Positions 12,075 to 23,466 of a stretch of 64,000 bases of DNA are shown here, piece by piece. A model generated the notes under the pieces. It ran no database searches and was not told the origin of the DNA. It was given only the letters and a program-made list of their open reading frames with translations. Each line of letters starts with the position of its first letter. Position 1 is the stretch's first letter. The position numbers and the translations under genes are program-made. The stretch is from Octopus bimaculoides (Eukaryota): positions 10,253,162 through 10,317,161 of the forward strand of contig NC_068992.1 in assembly GCF_001194135.2 (NCBI RefSeq), written 5' to 3'.

Positions 12075-13726
12075 GTAAGTAAATTTTTTCAATTTTTAAT
12101 ACAGGTTGCATTGTGAAAATGGGACAAACTGCTGGGCAAGTTGAGCTGTATCATTGTCCTTTTTCTTGTCTGAAATTTGCTAAAAAAAAAAAAAAAAATC
12201 TCCAAAATAGTTGTCACCAGATTGCCATTGCAATATTGTCCCAAAATTTCCATTGTCATCTCATAATTCTTATTTTTGTCAAAGTTGTCATACAAAAATC
12301 AGGATGTTAATTAATGTCACAAATTTGTCACAAAAAAACAAAAAAAAAAAAATGACATGCTACAAATTGTTGCAAGTCTTAACGCAAAATTCGACAGTTG
12401 TCAAAAAGTTGTTACAAATTTACTTTAATTGACACATCAGTAATTGCTAAATTGTTATAAATTGTGAAACAAATTTCAAAAAGAGAGAAAGATGGATTTT
12501 ATGTAATGGGGGAAATATGTAGAGTGGAAATTTGTTTAGCTGAATTTTTTGTAGTGGTGAGTTGTGATAATTCATGACAATAAATTATATGTTAATTCAT
12601 ATCTATAAATTGTATTTCTATTTGATAATAGCCACTATTATAGCTGTGTGTGTGTGTGTGGCCTGTTTACCTCCTAGTATTTTAGCGGGGTGGCTTAAGA
12701 GATCAATAAAATAAATACCAGCCTTATCAGAATAATAACGGGGTCGATTCATTCGGTTAGAACCCTTCAAGGTGGTGCCCCCAGCCCCCGACTGTAGTCC
12801 AGTGACAAATAAATAAAAAACAAAGACAACATTTTGTACCAGTAATTGTTTTTTGTAACAAAGCCAAATTAACTGAAATTTAAAGTTTATAAAAGATTTA
12901 TTTGTTTCAGAGAAGATCATTTTTCTCATCATCATAATCATCATCATCATCATCTTCATCATCATCATCATCTTGATGTCTCTTCTTCCACATTGCCATT
13001 AGTTGAGCTGATCTAACAATCCAGTACCTCCCTCTGCATCTTATCACTGTTTCATTCCATTTATTGAAACACAATGTTCTCAGATCTGACTTGATTACTT
13101 CCTCTCTTATATTTTTGGGTCAACTAGAGCTATGACTATTTGTCCTAGTATAACACTTTTTCACTCAACATGCACCATATATTTTATATTATCTTTAAAA
13201 AAAGAATATTGTAATTGTTTCTAACAATTGCCAAATAGTGTAGCAGCCATACTTGGTTTTCAGATTCACGGCACTGGTTTTTTTTCTCTTGCTGAATATC
13301 AAAACAAGTAGTGGTGTATGGAAACAAAATCCAGTTTCTGCTGTTAACTTGAAATAAAATTTACAGAACAAGGGGAATAACTCTTAGTTTAAGGGGAATA
13401 ACTCTTAGTTTAAGGGGAATAATTCGGTCAAAAATATAAAAGTAGTTACAGAATAAAATTTCAGAAATCAGTTGTGAACTGAAAAAAACCAAAATCCTGA
13501 ACAAAGATTTAAAAAAAAAAACCAAAAACAGTTTAATTAAATTCGCAATGAAGTATAATGTCGTGTGTTGTGGAAACAAAGAATCCCTTAATATATAATG
13601 TAGGTTCCTACTCGAAACACCAAGAAAGACAAAAAAATCTAAAGCAAAAACCATATTGTAATAACTTGTAAACTTGCTTTTAACAGGAAACAAAAAAAAC
13701 AAAACTTGTGAGCGACTCATACACGA

Positions 13727-14096
13727 GGCAGCTTACAAACCACTTGGTTCCGGGTTCAGTCCCACTGTGTGGCACCTTGGGCAAGTGTCTTCTACTATAG
13801 CTTCGGGCCGACCAAAGCCTTGTGAGTGGATTTGGTAGATGGAAACTGAAAGAAGCCCGTCGTATATATGTGTATATATATATATGTNNNNNNNNNNCCA
13901 ACATCGCTTGACAACTGATGCTGGTGTGTTTACGTCCCCGTAACTTAGCAATTTGGCAAAACAGACCGATAAAATAAGTACTAGGCTTACAAAAGAATAA
14001 GTCCTGGGGTTGATTTGCCTGACTAAAGGCAGTGCTCCAGCATGGCCACAGTCAAATGACTGAAACAAGTAAAAGAGTAAAAGAGTAAAAGAGTAA
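13727..14096 (+). mobile_element. tRNA-derived SINE with internal (TA/TG)n and (AAAGAGT)n tail
   Basis: Sequence gggttcagtcccactg.gtggcaccttgggcaagtgtcttctactatagc...ggccacagtcaaatgactgaaacaagtaaaagag. High-identity copies at 16137, 31842 and 43556 (+) and at 50203, 57022 and 62707 (-). Confidence 0.85.
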
Positions 14097-16136
14097 ACAA
14101 ATTTTGTACTGTGATTTAATACTGAATTGGAGGTATGATTTATACACAAGTAAATATGGCATTTTTTTAATGTTTAGTCAAGAGAAAGCCTCTCCTTTTC
14201 TCCTTCAACTAGGAAAAGGCAAAGGGGGAAAGCCTTGAGGTCCCCATTTTAGTTCTTAGGTGGGTCATTGATATTTTAGTTTGACTGATTTTGACTGTTT
14301 TTATCCAAATTAAAACCATGTTTATTTGGAGATTTTGAGGGAATCGATGATGATGATGATGAGGATGTGTTTGATAAAATAACATACCATTTGAGCTCTA
14401 GGGGTCAGTGTAGTCAGTTTATCCTCGCCTAAGAAATTGCCGGCCTTGTGCCCAAATTTGAGACCAATATTTAAGCATTCTTAATATTAAGTTGTGCCAC
14501 TGTGCTGTGACTCCTTTCACTGGCCCCTGGTATGATGGCTTATGTTCCAATGTCCCAGTCAGTGCATTGACTTCTTCCGTTTACCTTACATGTGATTTGT
14601 TTTTCAAATGTCAGTTACTCAAAATTAATTGTATTTATTTTCACTAGATATATTTCTATTGAAAGAAAACCTACCATCTTCTGCATGATAATATAACACT
14701 CTATCTACAACTACATTATCGAATATGTCTTTCTCCTTTTAAATATTAGACTAAGCGAGCCTTGGCTGCTATTTCTAGTAGATAAAACAATAACATACAC
14801 ACTTTGTGAACACAACTATTACCGCAAGGGAGGCTACTTTTATATTTTTGTTCTTAGTTGTCTCCCTTGTGATTTCTATTAGGTTATTTATTTTTTGTTT
14901 ACTTTTCATTACAAGAATTGTAGCTTAACCAATTATAGAAAGAACCGATCGACTAACTAAACATTTTGGGGGACAAATGTCTTGTTCTGCCCTGTCAATA
15001 TGTCTTGACGTTTCTTAGGACACTTGATTCTCAATATCTGAATTGAAAAAAATGAAAAGTGGATGAATTTGGTTTGCTTTCAGGAAAGGGAAAATTCTAT
15101 CTTTTGAGGTCGTATCTTTGTTGGGGAGAGGGGAGAGATATGTGTTGTCCCTCTAGGAGGGACTGTGACCCACTCGTCTCCTCAGCTCTTGCCTTTCCCC
15201 AGTTTTGTCCACCCTTAACCTCTACACAACTTACTATATTTAGTCCCCCCCACCCCAGTACTTCTTCTAACTGGAATCTTCTCCTTGCTTGTATGTTTTC
15301 TGCAACTGTTGATCGATAACAGTTTAAACAGAACATTAATGGCATCAAACCCACGAACTTCAGAGGGCGTACTGGAATCATGTGAGCATTGCACTTCTTC
15401 CAGACTTGGTGAATAAACAAAATAAAAGATTGGATAGAGAGAGAGAAAGAAAGAGAGAGAGAGAGAGGGGGGGGGGAGGATGTTAAAGCAAATGTAAAAA
15501 CGAAGGTAGTTTTATTTTTGTTTTTAATTGTTGAACTTTAGAGCAAAGGCAATGCTTATGACATTTGACCCTAACCCGACACCTTTTCTTCCATCCTCAT
15601 CGTCCTCGTCATTGAACAATCTGCAAAGATCAGCTGAGACGGACAACGTAGTATTGCTCTCACATCTGGGATGCTGCTGCCATGCACACATACATCTTAG
15701 ACTCCATCTAGAAAAAGGGCCAAAAGTCACCAGAACCAGGACTGTTGGCATCATGTCACTCACCAACCCCCGCCAGTCTGCTCCATACTTTCTTGTACTT
15801 CTATTATGGATTCTCCTCATCAAAACTGATCAGATTCAGGCCATCTTCATTTAGACATTCTTGACCAGCCTCTCTCCTTTTCTCATCACTTTTGTTGTGT
15901 CCAGTCTCTGTGGCCCCTCACTATTCCCTGTCTCCAGTCCATTTTCTCTCCCAAAATGTTGACTGTCTGGAATTTGTGTCATATTTCTTTTCCAAGGGTC
16001 TTATGGTGGTCTGTCAGAACAGCTGTCATAAATGAAATAGAATTACTTGTTTTGGGATAAATTTTTTCAGTATTTTTTGTCATTTTATAATATTCTATAT
16101 TCTAAAACCTGCAATTCACATTAAAAAAAAAAAAAC

Positions 16137-16506
16137 AAGCTTACCAACCACATGGTCCTGGGTTCAGTCCCACTGCGTGGCACCTTGGGCTAGTGTCTTC
16201 TACTATAGCCTCGGGCCGACCAAAGCCTTGTGAGTGGATTTGGTAGACGGAAACTGAAAGAAGCCCATCGTATATACGTATATATATATGTATGTGTGTA
16301 TGTGTTTGTGTGTCTGTGTTTGTCCCCCCCAACATCACTTGACAACCGATGCTGGTGTGTTTATGTGCCCGTAACTTAGCAGTTCGGCAAAAGAGACCAA
16401 TAGAATAAGTACTAGGCTTACAAAGAATAAGTCCTGGGGTCGATTTGCTCGACTAAAGGCAGTGCTCCAGCATGGCCACAGTCAAAAGACTGAAACAAGT
16501 AAAAGT
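16137..16506 (+). mobile_element. tRNA-derived SINE (same family as 13727-14096)
   Basis: Colinear, high-identity match to 13727-14096 and 31842-32216. Confidence 0.85.
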
Positions 16507-16909
16507 GTAACCTTTTTTTTTTAAATCCATGTCTTTCAACACCCCTCCCTGTTTCATCATTGGGATTTTTCACCATTTAATAATATCCCACATTCTAAAA
16601 TACATGTAATTTGCATAGAAAGAAGAAAATCCAATAATCCATAGTTTCACATCTCTTAACTACTCTTTATTATACCTTCGGAATAGCTGCCACAGTAAAT
16701 CATTTTTGTTTTTTTGTAGCGGGGTGTATTTTTCTTCATTTTGTAATATTGCACATTCTGAAACACTAGTAATTCACAGTTTTTTTTTAATGGTTTAAGA
16801 GAAACATGGCATCAATCTCAGTGGTGTAGGGTTAGAGCATTGCCTTTGCTCTAGACTCAACAACCACAAAGCTATGCCTGCATCTCATTGTTAATACGTT
16901 ATCTGAAGT

Positions 16910-17115
16910 CAACAAGCTGGCAGAATTGTTAACACTACGGACAAAATATTTAGCAGCATTTTGTCCTTACATTCTGAGTTCAACTTCTGCTGAGGTCGAC
17001 TTTGCCTTTCATCTTTTCAGGGTCGATAAATAAAGTACCAGTTGAACACTGGGGTTGATATAATCGACTAATCCCCTCCTCCGAATTTCAAGCCTTGTGC
17101 CTATAGTAGAAAGGA
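16910..17115 (+). mobile_element. SINE (same family as 4781-4980)
   Basis: agctggcagaattgttaacac...gagttcaacttctgctgaggtcgactttgcctttcatc...ggggttgatataatcgact. Confidence 0.75.
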
Positions 17116-18009
17116 TTGTTAATATGATATTTGAAACATAGCATAACAAAAAAATTCTTACATAAAATGTGATTCTGGATGAACATGACCTGAAAATAAT
17201 GATGGCATGGTCTCCACTGGAATGTCTCTGATCATAGGCCTGTTTGACCAGAGCTGAACTGGGGGCTAAGCAATGCCACTTCTAATGCTCCAACCATAAC
17301 CACCACCGCCACCCCACCAAATCCATTCACAAGGTTTTGGTTGACCTGAGGCTATAGTAGAAGACACTCGTCCAAGGTGCCACTGAGTGGGACTGAACCT
17401 GGAACCATGTGGTTGGGAAGCAAACTTCTTACCATACAGCCACATCTGTGCCTATATGTACCGTTGTCTAACATAGGCACGTGGCCACACATTTGGGTAA
17501 AGGAATGGTTGATTAAATCAGCAACAGTTCATTACTGGTATTCTTATTTTATCAATCACTGAAGGATGAATGGCAAAGTTGACCTTAGCAGGATTCTAAC
17601 TCAGATTACGAAAAGAAGCAAGTAATTCTTGCCAGGTATTTGTATATAACTCTTTAATAATTCCGATGATCCATCATCCTTTAACCTGGTTATCATACTG
17701 ATGTCTTTCTTTCAAGTTTATCTTGTTCATGAACCTTTACCTGATTCAAGTATTTCCTTGTGTTATTGGGTAAGACAACTTAATTGTACAATGTGATCTG
17801 TAGGAGTTAACTGTAATGGCATGGTATTTCTTTGCCAGAAGGATATTTATTTCATCTATTTATTTAATCTGCTAAATCTAAAGCTGAATCTAAGCTTCAA
17901 GGGCTTCTTTGATGTTTGTCAGGATTAAATTTAATTCCCTCATTTGATCATGTTGTTAATAATAAATATCAGATTATTGAGTAATATTCCCTGAAGTTGT
18001 CTCGTTTGC

Positions 18010-18345
18010 CATTGAGGGAGAGATCCATATTTCATGTATTTAATATTACTGAACCTTGAATGAATGAAGGAGGTTCAACATTCATATACTTAACACTACT
18101 GAATATTGAATGAAAGAAGAAGATTAATCTCTCATATTATTAATATTACTGAATATTGAGCCAAGGAAGAAGGTTCATCAATTATATATTTAACATTTAC
18201 CGAACCATGAGCCAAGTGAGAAGATTCATTTCTCATATACTTAATACTCTTGCATCTTGAGTCTAGGAAGCAGTTGTATCTCTCTTAATCTCAACATCAC
18301 TGAGCCTTGAACGAAGGGAAAAGATTCATTTCTTATATATCGAGA
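18010..18345. repeat. Degenerate minisatellite, ~50 bp unit, about 7 units
   Basis: Recurrent aagattcatttctcatatacttaatattactgaa.cttgagccaag-like unit. Confidence 0.75.
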
Positions 18346-18599
18346 ATCATTAGTAGTTAGTGTGAGACGTGGGGGATGAGTGGAGAAAATTGTAAATGAG
18401 TTGGGTGGGCACGAGTGGAAGAGATAGAAGACCAGTGAGCTCTGAAGAAGCGGGATCACTATGGTAACAGTAGAAAAGACTGAGAGGGGAGACAGTATGT
18501 CTGCGGGTGAGTGTTTGGAGTGTTTTGGTGAAGAATAATGCCATACCAATCCTTGTTTGTTTAGTTTCAGGTATAAGTCATCTTTTGTTTTACATTATT

Positions 18600-18601
18600 A
18601 A

Positions 18602-18635
<34 letters not shown>

Positions 18636-18860
18636 CCATCATCATCATTTAACGTCCATTGTCCATGCTGGCATGGGTTGGACAGTTTAACCAGAGCTTG
18701 TATGCTGAGGGGCTGCACCAGACTCCAGTCTGATTTGGCATGGTTTCCATTGCTGGATGTCCTTCCTAATGCCAACCACTCTGAGAGTGTAGTGGGTGCT
18801 TTTGTGTGCCACCAGCATGGGTGCCGGTGCCAATTGCATGACACCAGTACCTGCCTCCTG
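18600..18860 (-). mobile_element. RTE-LINE 3' tail repeat
   Basis: (ATC)n followed by tttaacgtcc...ccatgctggcatgggttggac...ggatgtccttcctaatgccaaccactctgagag, the reverse complement of 698-972. Confidence 0.8.
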
Positions 18861-21089
18861 CACTAATAATCAGTTTAATTAATCCTAACATTGAAAATAT
18901 TAATTAATCTGACAACAGTCCTTTAAAAAATACAGGAAACATAGGTTTGAATCCCATGGGCAGCCTTCTACTTTTTCTGTCCAAAAAGGGTTTTCCAACC
19001 CAATACATACATGCCATTATTTACAACTTTAAGTGCTTCCAGAGCCATTGTATCAGAAAAAAAAATTCCCAATATAGATATCTTTTGATATCTAGACCTT
19101 AGTTCTGAGTTCATTGTATTAATCAGATGAGAAATTGGTTTGCCCGAGGATAAGATCTCAACTAACTTTTCTCACAAGGTCTGGTATTTGTTCCTGATAG
19201 GTAATGTGAACTGAAGTGTGTAGATTTAAGTGTACTGGCTAAATACAAGACGGAATACTTGCAATAGATTTAAACCCAAAACATTATGAGCTGGTAATTC
19301 ATGAATATATCCACTTAGTCATTTCAATTCTGTATATCTGACAAGTTGTCTGTTATACTTATCTATGCTCATAATTTCTCCTGGTGACATCTGACAAGCA
19401 GCATTACTGTCAACAAGACAGAAGAAAAGATGGAAAATACAGTGGAATTTCTTCGATAGATTTTATGATATTTCAAGTAATAAATCATTTTAGTACACAA
19501 TAATCAAGTGGATGCACTTAACTTCATTTTAAACTCCTGAAGACATTTTAGATGTCAGAGCTGGTAGTGCACCAGACAAAATGCATTCTGGTATTTAGTT
19601 ACATCCCTAATATCATTTGTCTTGAGGTCCTGGGGTCAATAAAATACACATCAATTAAGTAGTGGAGTTGATTAAATTGACTACACTGTTCAATCAGAAT
19701 TTATATCCTTTATATCCTAATTTAGAATTCATTTTTGGTAGAGAATACCTTGTGGTATTTGTTTTGGTTTACTCCACTCTGAGATCAATTCCTGCCAAGG
19801 TCACTGTAGCTTTTCATTCTTCTGGAATCAATAAATAAAGCAGCAAATCAAAATACTGGTGTCAGTTCCCACAGAAAATGGCATTGGACAAACTGCTTTG
19901 CTGTATTTATATTAAAAAAAAGCCTTTTACATTGTGAGTTCAAATCCCACCATGGTCAACTTTGTCTTTCACCCATCTGGAGTTGATAAAATAAAGTACC
20001 CGTTAGATACTAGAGTTGATATAATCGACTGCTCTCCCCACCATCCTCCCCCACTCCAAAATTGCTAGACTTGCACCTGATTTAGAAGTAATTAATATAG
20101 CACAGACCAAATGGTTGCAGGTTCAGTCTCACTGTGCGCCACCTTGGACAGGTGCCTTCTACTCTAGCCTCAGGCTGACTAATGCCCTCTGAGTGAATTC
20201 GGTAGAGGAGAAACGATGAAAGCTCAGCCCACTTATGCGTACCTTCCTTCATTGGACGCTAAACTCCGCTTGCGAAGACCTGTTGAGGCAAGTGAAATTG
20301 AAATCGAACTAAATTCGACAACTGGCATCATCATGATCATCATCATCATCATCATCATCATCATTCTTTTATGTTCTGAATACAATATTCTGATACAATC
20401 ATATTTCTATTTTATTCTTCTGGGATATTCATTAAGCATTTGATAAACCTTTCAGAATTTAATTAAGTTCCTTTACCTTCTCTATTCAAATTTGCCAATT
20501 TCAATTTTGCTTTTACATACATCTGAAGCAAGGCTGGTGTAACTTGTTCTTGCTGAGGTTGAACTACCAGAGCATAACGACCTGCATGGGTAAATCTGTG
20601 CTGAGAAAAATAACCGTTCTTTGTAAGATTTTATAAACTTTAAGAGAAAGTGAAATAATTCTTTTTTTGGAATGGTAAGTGTTGAAGTAGTTAAAATTAT
20701 AAATAATGGCATGCAAATATTGGTTTACAAAATAAATTCTTCAGCAGAAACAGTTGAAGGCTGCATATGAGGCCTGAAAGCCTGTCATATTTACAGGAGA
20801 TGTATGTTCAAGTTCCATGGGCAACCTTTGACTTTTTCTATCGAAGGGCTTTATGTAACCCAATATATAGATGCTATCATTTATAGCTTTAGCTGCTTCA
20901 TGATCCACTAATCCCCCCAAAAAAATCATTCTGTAATTTTTTTCAAATTTCTAGGTATGCATGCCTGCAGCAATCACATACAGCAATATTAATTGAAATG
21001 TTACAATACATTAATTAACAGTAGGTGTAATGTTCTAAATTCTAAAACACCAAACACAGCACAAAGAATAATGTTTTAAACTCAATGAA

Positions 21090-21720
21090 ACTTGTTACCT
21101 TGCATCTTAATGAACAGGTGGGTTCTGTTTTGCTTTTAAAAATCTCAGAGATGTCAGGCAAGATCAATGATGCAGAGATTCTAAGTTGGTTCACCAGATT
21201 ACTATTTGTACATCTAGCATGCAAGAGATTCTTGGATAAATTTCACATTGGTATATCGTAGAAAACGGTGACAGAAATTTCAATGCGTGATTCTTTAAAA
21301 GTGGATATTATTCATCATCTATAATGGCATTTATAAAATTCCAAAACTGATAAACTAATATGTTTGGATAACGATGTTTTATCCAATTGTAAATAAATTG
21401 AGTTGCAAGGAATTTGGATCCTCATTTGGCATCACATCAAAAGGAGTTTTGCATATTCATAGATTGAGCTCATGATTTTATCAATTTCAAAATCTCTTTT
21501 GAAATTTGTCCAAAAGAATGAAATATTCTGAAATATTCATGGCACATTTTCCCATTGATTCTAGTTCCTGTGTTGGAAAATGTTCCATGCAGATGAGTTA
21601 GGAACAATTTCAGCATTGATCCAAAACTCCTAATATTGGTAAAAAGAGAGGTAATAAGCTGTTTCAGCCCTTATAATTTCAAACTTAGATCATTGAAATG
21701 GCAAGTAACATTGACCAAAA
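21090..21720 (-). pseudogene. Decayed hAT transposase (SPIN/GTF2IRD2/Buster-like), C-terminal part
   Basis: Hand translation of the minus strand across frameshifts and stops gives LLDKFQKRF..NHELNL.ICKTPFDVMP..DPNSLQLNL, then QFWNFINAIIDDE*YPLLKNHALKFLSPFSTIYQCE, then NLLHARCTNSNLVNQLRISASLILPDISEIFKSK. This matches the hAT dimerisation-domain pattern FW...YP.L...A...LS.F.STY.CE and the SPIN-type C-terminus LRIS....PDI. Confidence 0.8.
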
Positions 21721-21789
21721 TACCGAATCCCACCTATTTTTGGTGGGATTCATAATGGAAATCTTTTTAATCCTTTATCATTCTGGTTA

Positions 21790-21998
21790 TTTTGTCAAGT
21801 CAATAACATATTTATTCACATTGTTTTGAATTAATCATGCATAATCTCATAACTTTGAGATTTTGATGATGTGATTGATTGTTTAATTTTAGCATGACAT
21901 TGTAAGGTAAGTTTGAGAGGCTGGACATAACTAGTTTGGACCTAAAGCAAGCAGAATATTTGGGCCGGATATGGCCAGTTTAAATGCTAAAGGGTTAA
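21790..21998. mobile_element. TTAA-ended (piggyBac-like) MITE
   Basis: Ends gggccggatatggccagtttaaatgctaaagggTTAA. The same end is at 23565-23600. Confidence 0.7.
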
Positions 21999-23410
21999 TA
22001 TCCACAGAAAGTTTCACTTTATTTTCAGATCATAGGAGTGTTTGAGCATGCTCTCTTTTTATAAATAGTCACCCTCACAATTATACAAATTAAAAAAATC
22101 AAAAGATCTCTGTTTTGTCAATCTCCTGTTTTTGATGAAGTTGTGCATTTTGTAACTATAGCTTCCATTGTGTTGTTCTTCCTCAGAAAATGTATCCCCA
22201 TATCTTGTTGGTGAATATAACAACACACTATTAGTGATTTGTTATTAAATTTCTCTTGAAATGCATCTGCCATTTTTTTTTCAATTAATTCTGAAAATAA
22301 GATTTGAATAAAATAATCCCATCATTAAACTGAGGTTTGGAAAATAAATTAACCTGAAGTTTTGATGGAAGGTTTTAATTTAATTCACATTAAAACAAGA
22401 AGTTTGTATCAAACATGGCAGTATTTGGAAGAATGGTATCGGAATGGTTTAAGGTTTTAGAATTTGGTTGATGGCTCACTATTTCTAAATTAAAAAAACA
22501 AATTTTTGTTTATTTATTATAATAATTTTTTTCTTTTGTGGTGGCAGTGGTTGTTGGTGTTGTAATTTTACCAGAGAGAGAATGCTGTCTGTAACTAAGT
22601 TGCTGTGATTTTGTTTGGGTAAATCAAAATTCCTTCTAGTTTTGTAAAATTTGCTGTATTCCAATGTACAAATATAGGGAACTATGCCACAGTTATTAGT
22701 TTTTGTCTCAACTACAAATATTAAATAAAATTTCACACATATTTGAAATAATCTGATAGCTGTAAGACAAGTGCCACCACCACACAAATGTCCTCTGTTT
22801 CCAATCTTTCATGGAAACATTTTGGACATGGGGAAATATTAATATGTTAGGAAACAAGTTAATGTTGGTAACAGGATGGGCACCATGCCATAGAAAATCT
22901 GCTTCAATAAATTCCATCCAATCCATGCAAGCATGGAAAAGTGGATGTTAAAAAAAGAATGATGTTGATGACTTTATTATTAACCATGTCTTTTATATGG
23001 TCAGAGACTCTCCTCTACAATAAACTGATGTTCTCAAACAATCTGATTCTTTCTAAAGTCAAAATTCAAATGACTGCAAATATACATTTCTTAACAAACT
23101 TGACTTTGTTGTATGGTTTTACTTTCTTAGCAGTTAGCTCACACACTTCATAAATTGGTTGTCTTACAGAAGTACTATTCCATTTATATGTCATTTGAAA
23201 ATAGATTGCTATTTACAAGAATATTCTCTACGGGAAAACAATGCTAGCTTGTCCCTTTTCAGCTGTTTCTTAATCTTTATTCTTGGTCAAACGATGCAAT
23301 TCACTCAAACTTTCTCTTTACTAGTATGAAAAACGTAGGTGACTATCTCTTTAACTGTTTTATTTGTTTCAGCTATAAGACTGTGGCCATACTGGGGCAT
23401 TGTTTTGAAG

Positions 23411-23466
<56 letters not shown>

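Noticed and set aside
12100-12480. Recurrent TTGTCAC/AAATTGT motifs downstream of the 40-nt exon
   Set aside because: I could not define a period or unit; it is indistinguishable from low-complexity AT-rich sequence by eye.
15083-15160. Possible next DPH5 exon after tttgctttcAG (KGKILSFE...)
   Set aside because: It lacks YEPPRYM and hits a stop within about 25 codons.
15524-15854. Overlapping 99-aa and 108-aa ORFs
   Set aside because: No recognisable domain; they lie in what looks like a retroelement 3' region.
20741-20929. IFLGGLVDH...RLP resemblance to the TRM10 SPOUT methyltransferase motif
   Set aside because: Only about 6 residues match, the spacing to LP differs, there is no good donor, and I see no other TRM10-like exons.
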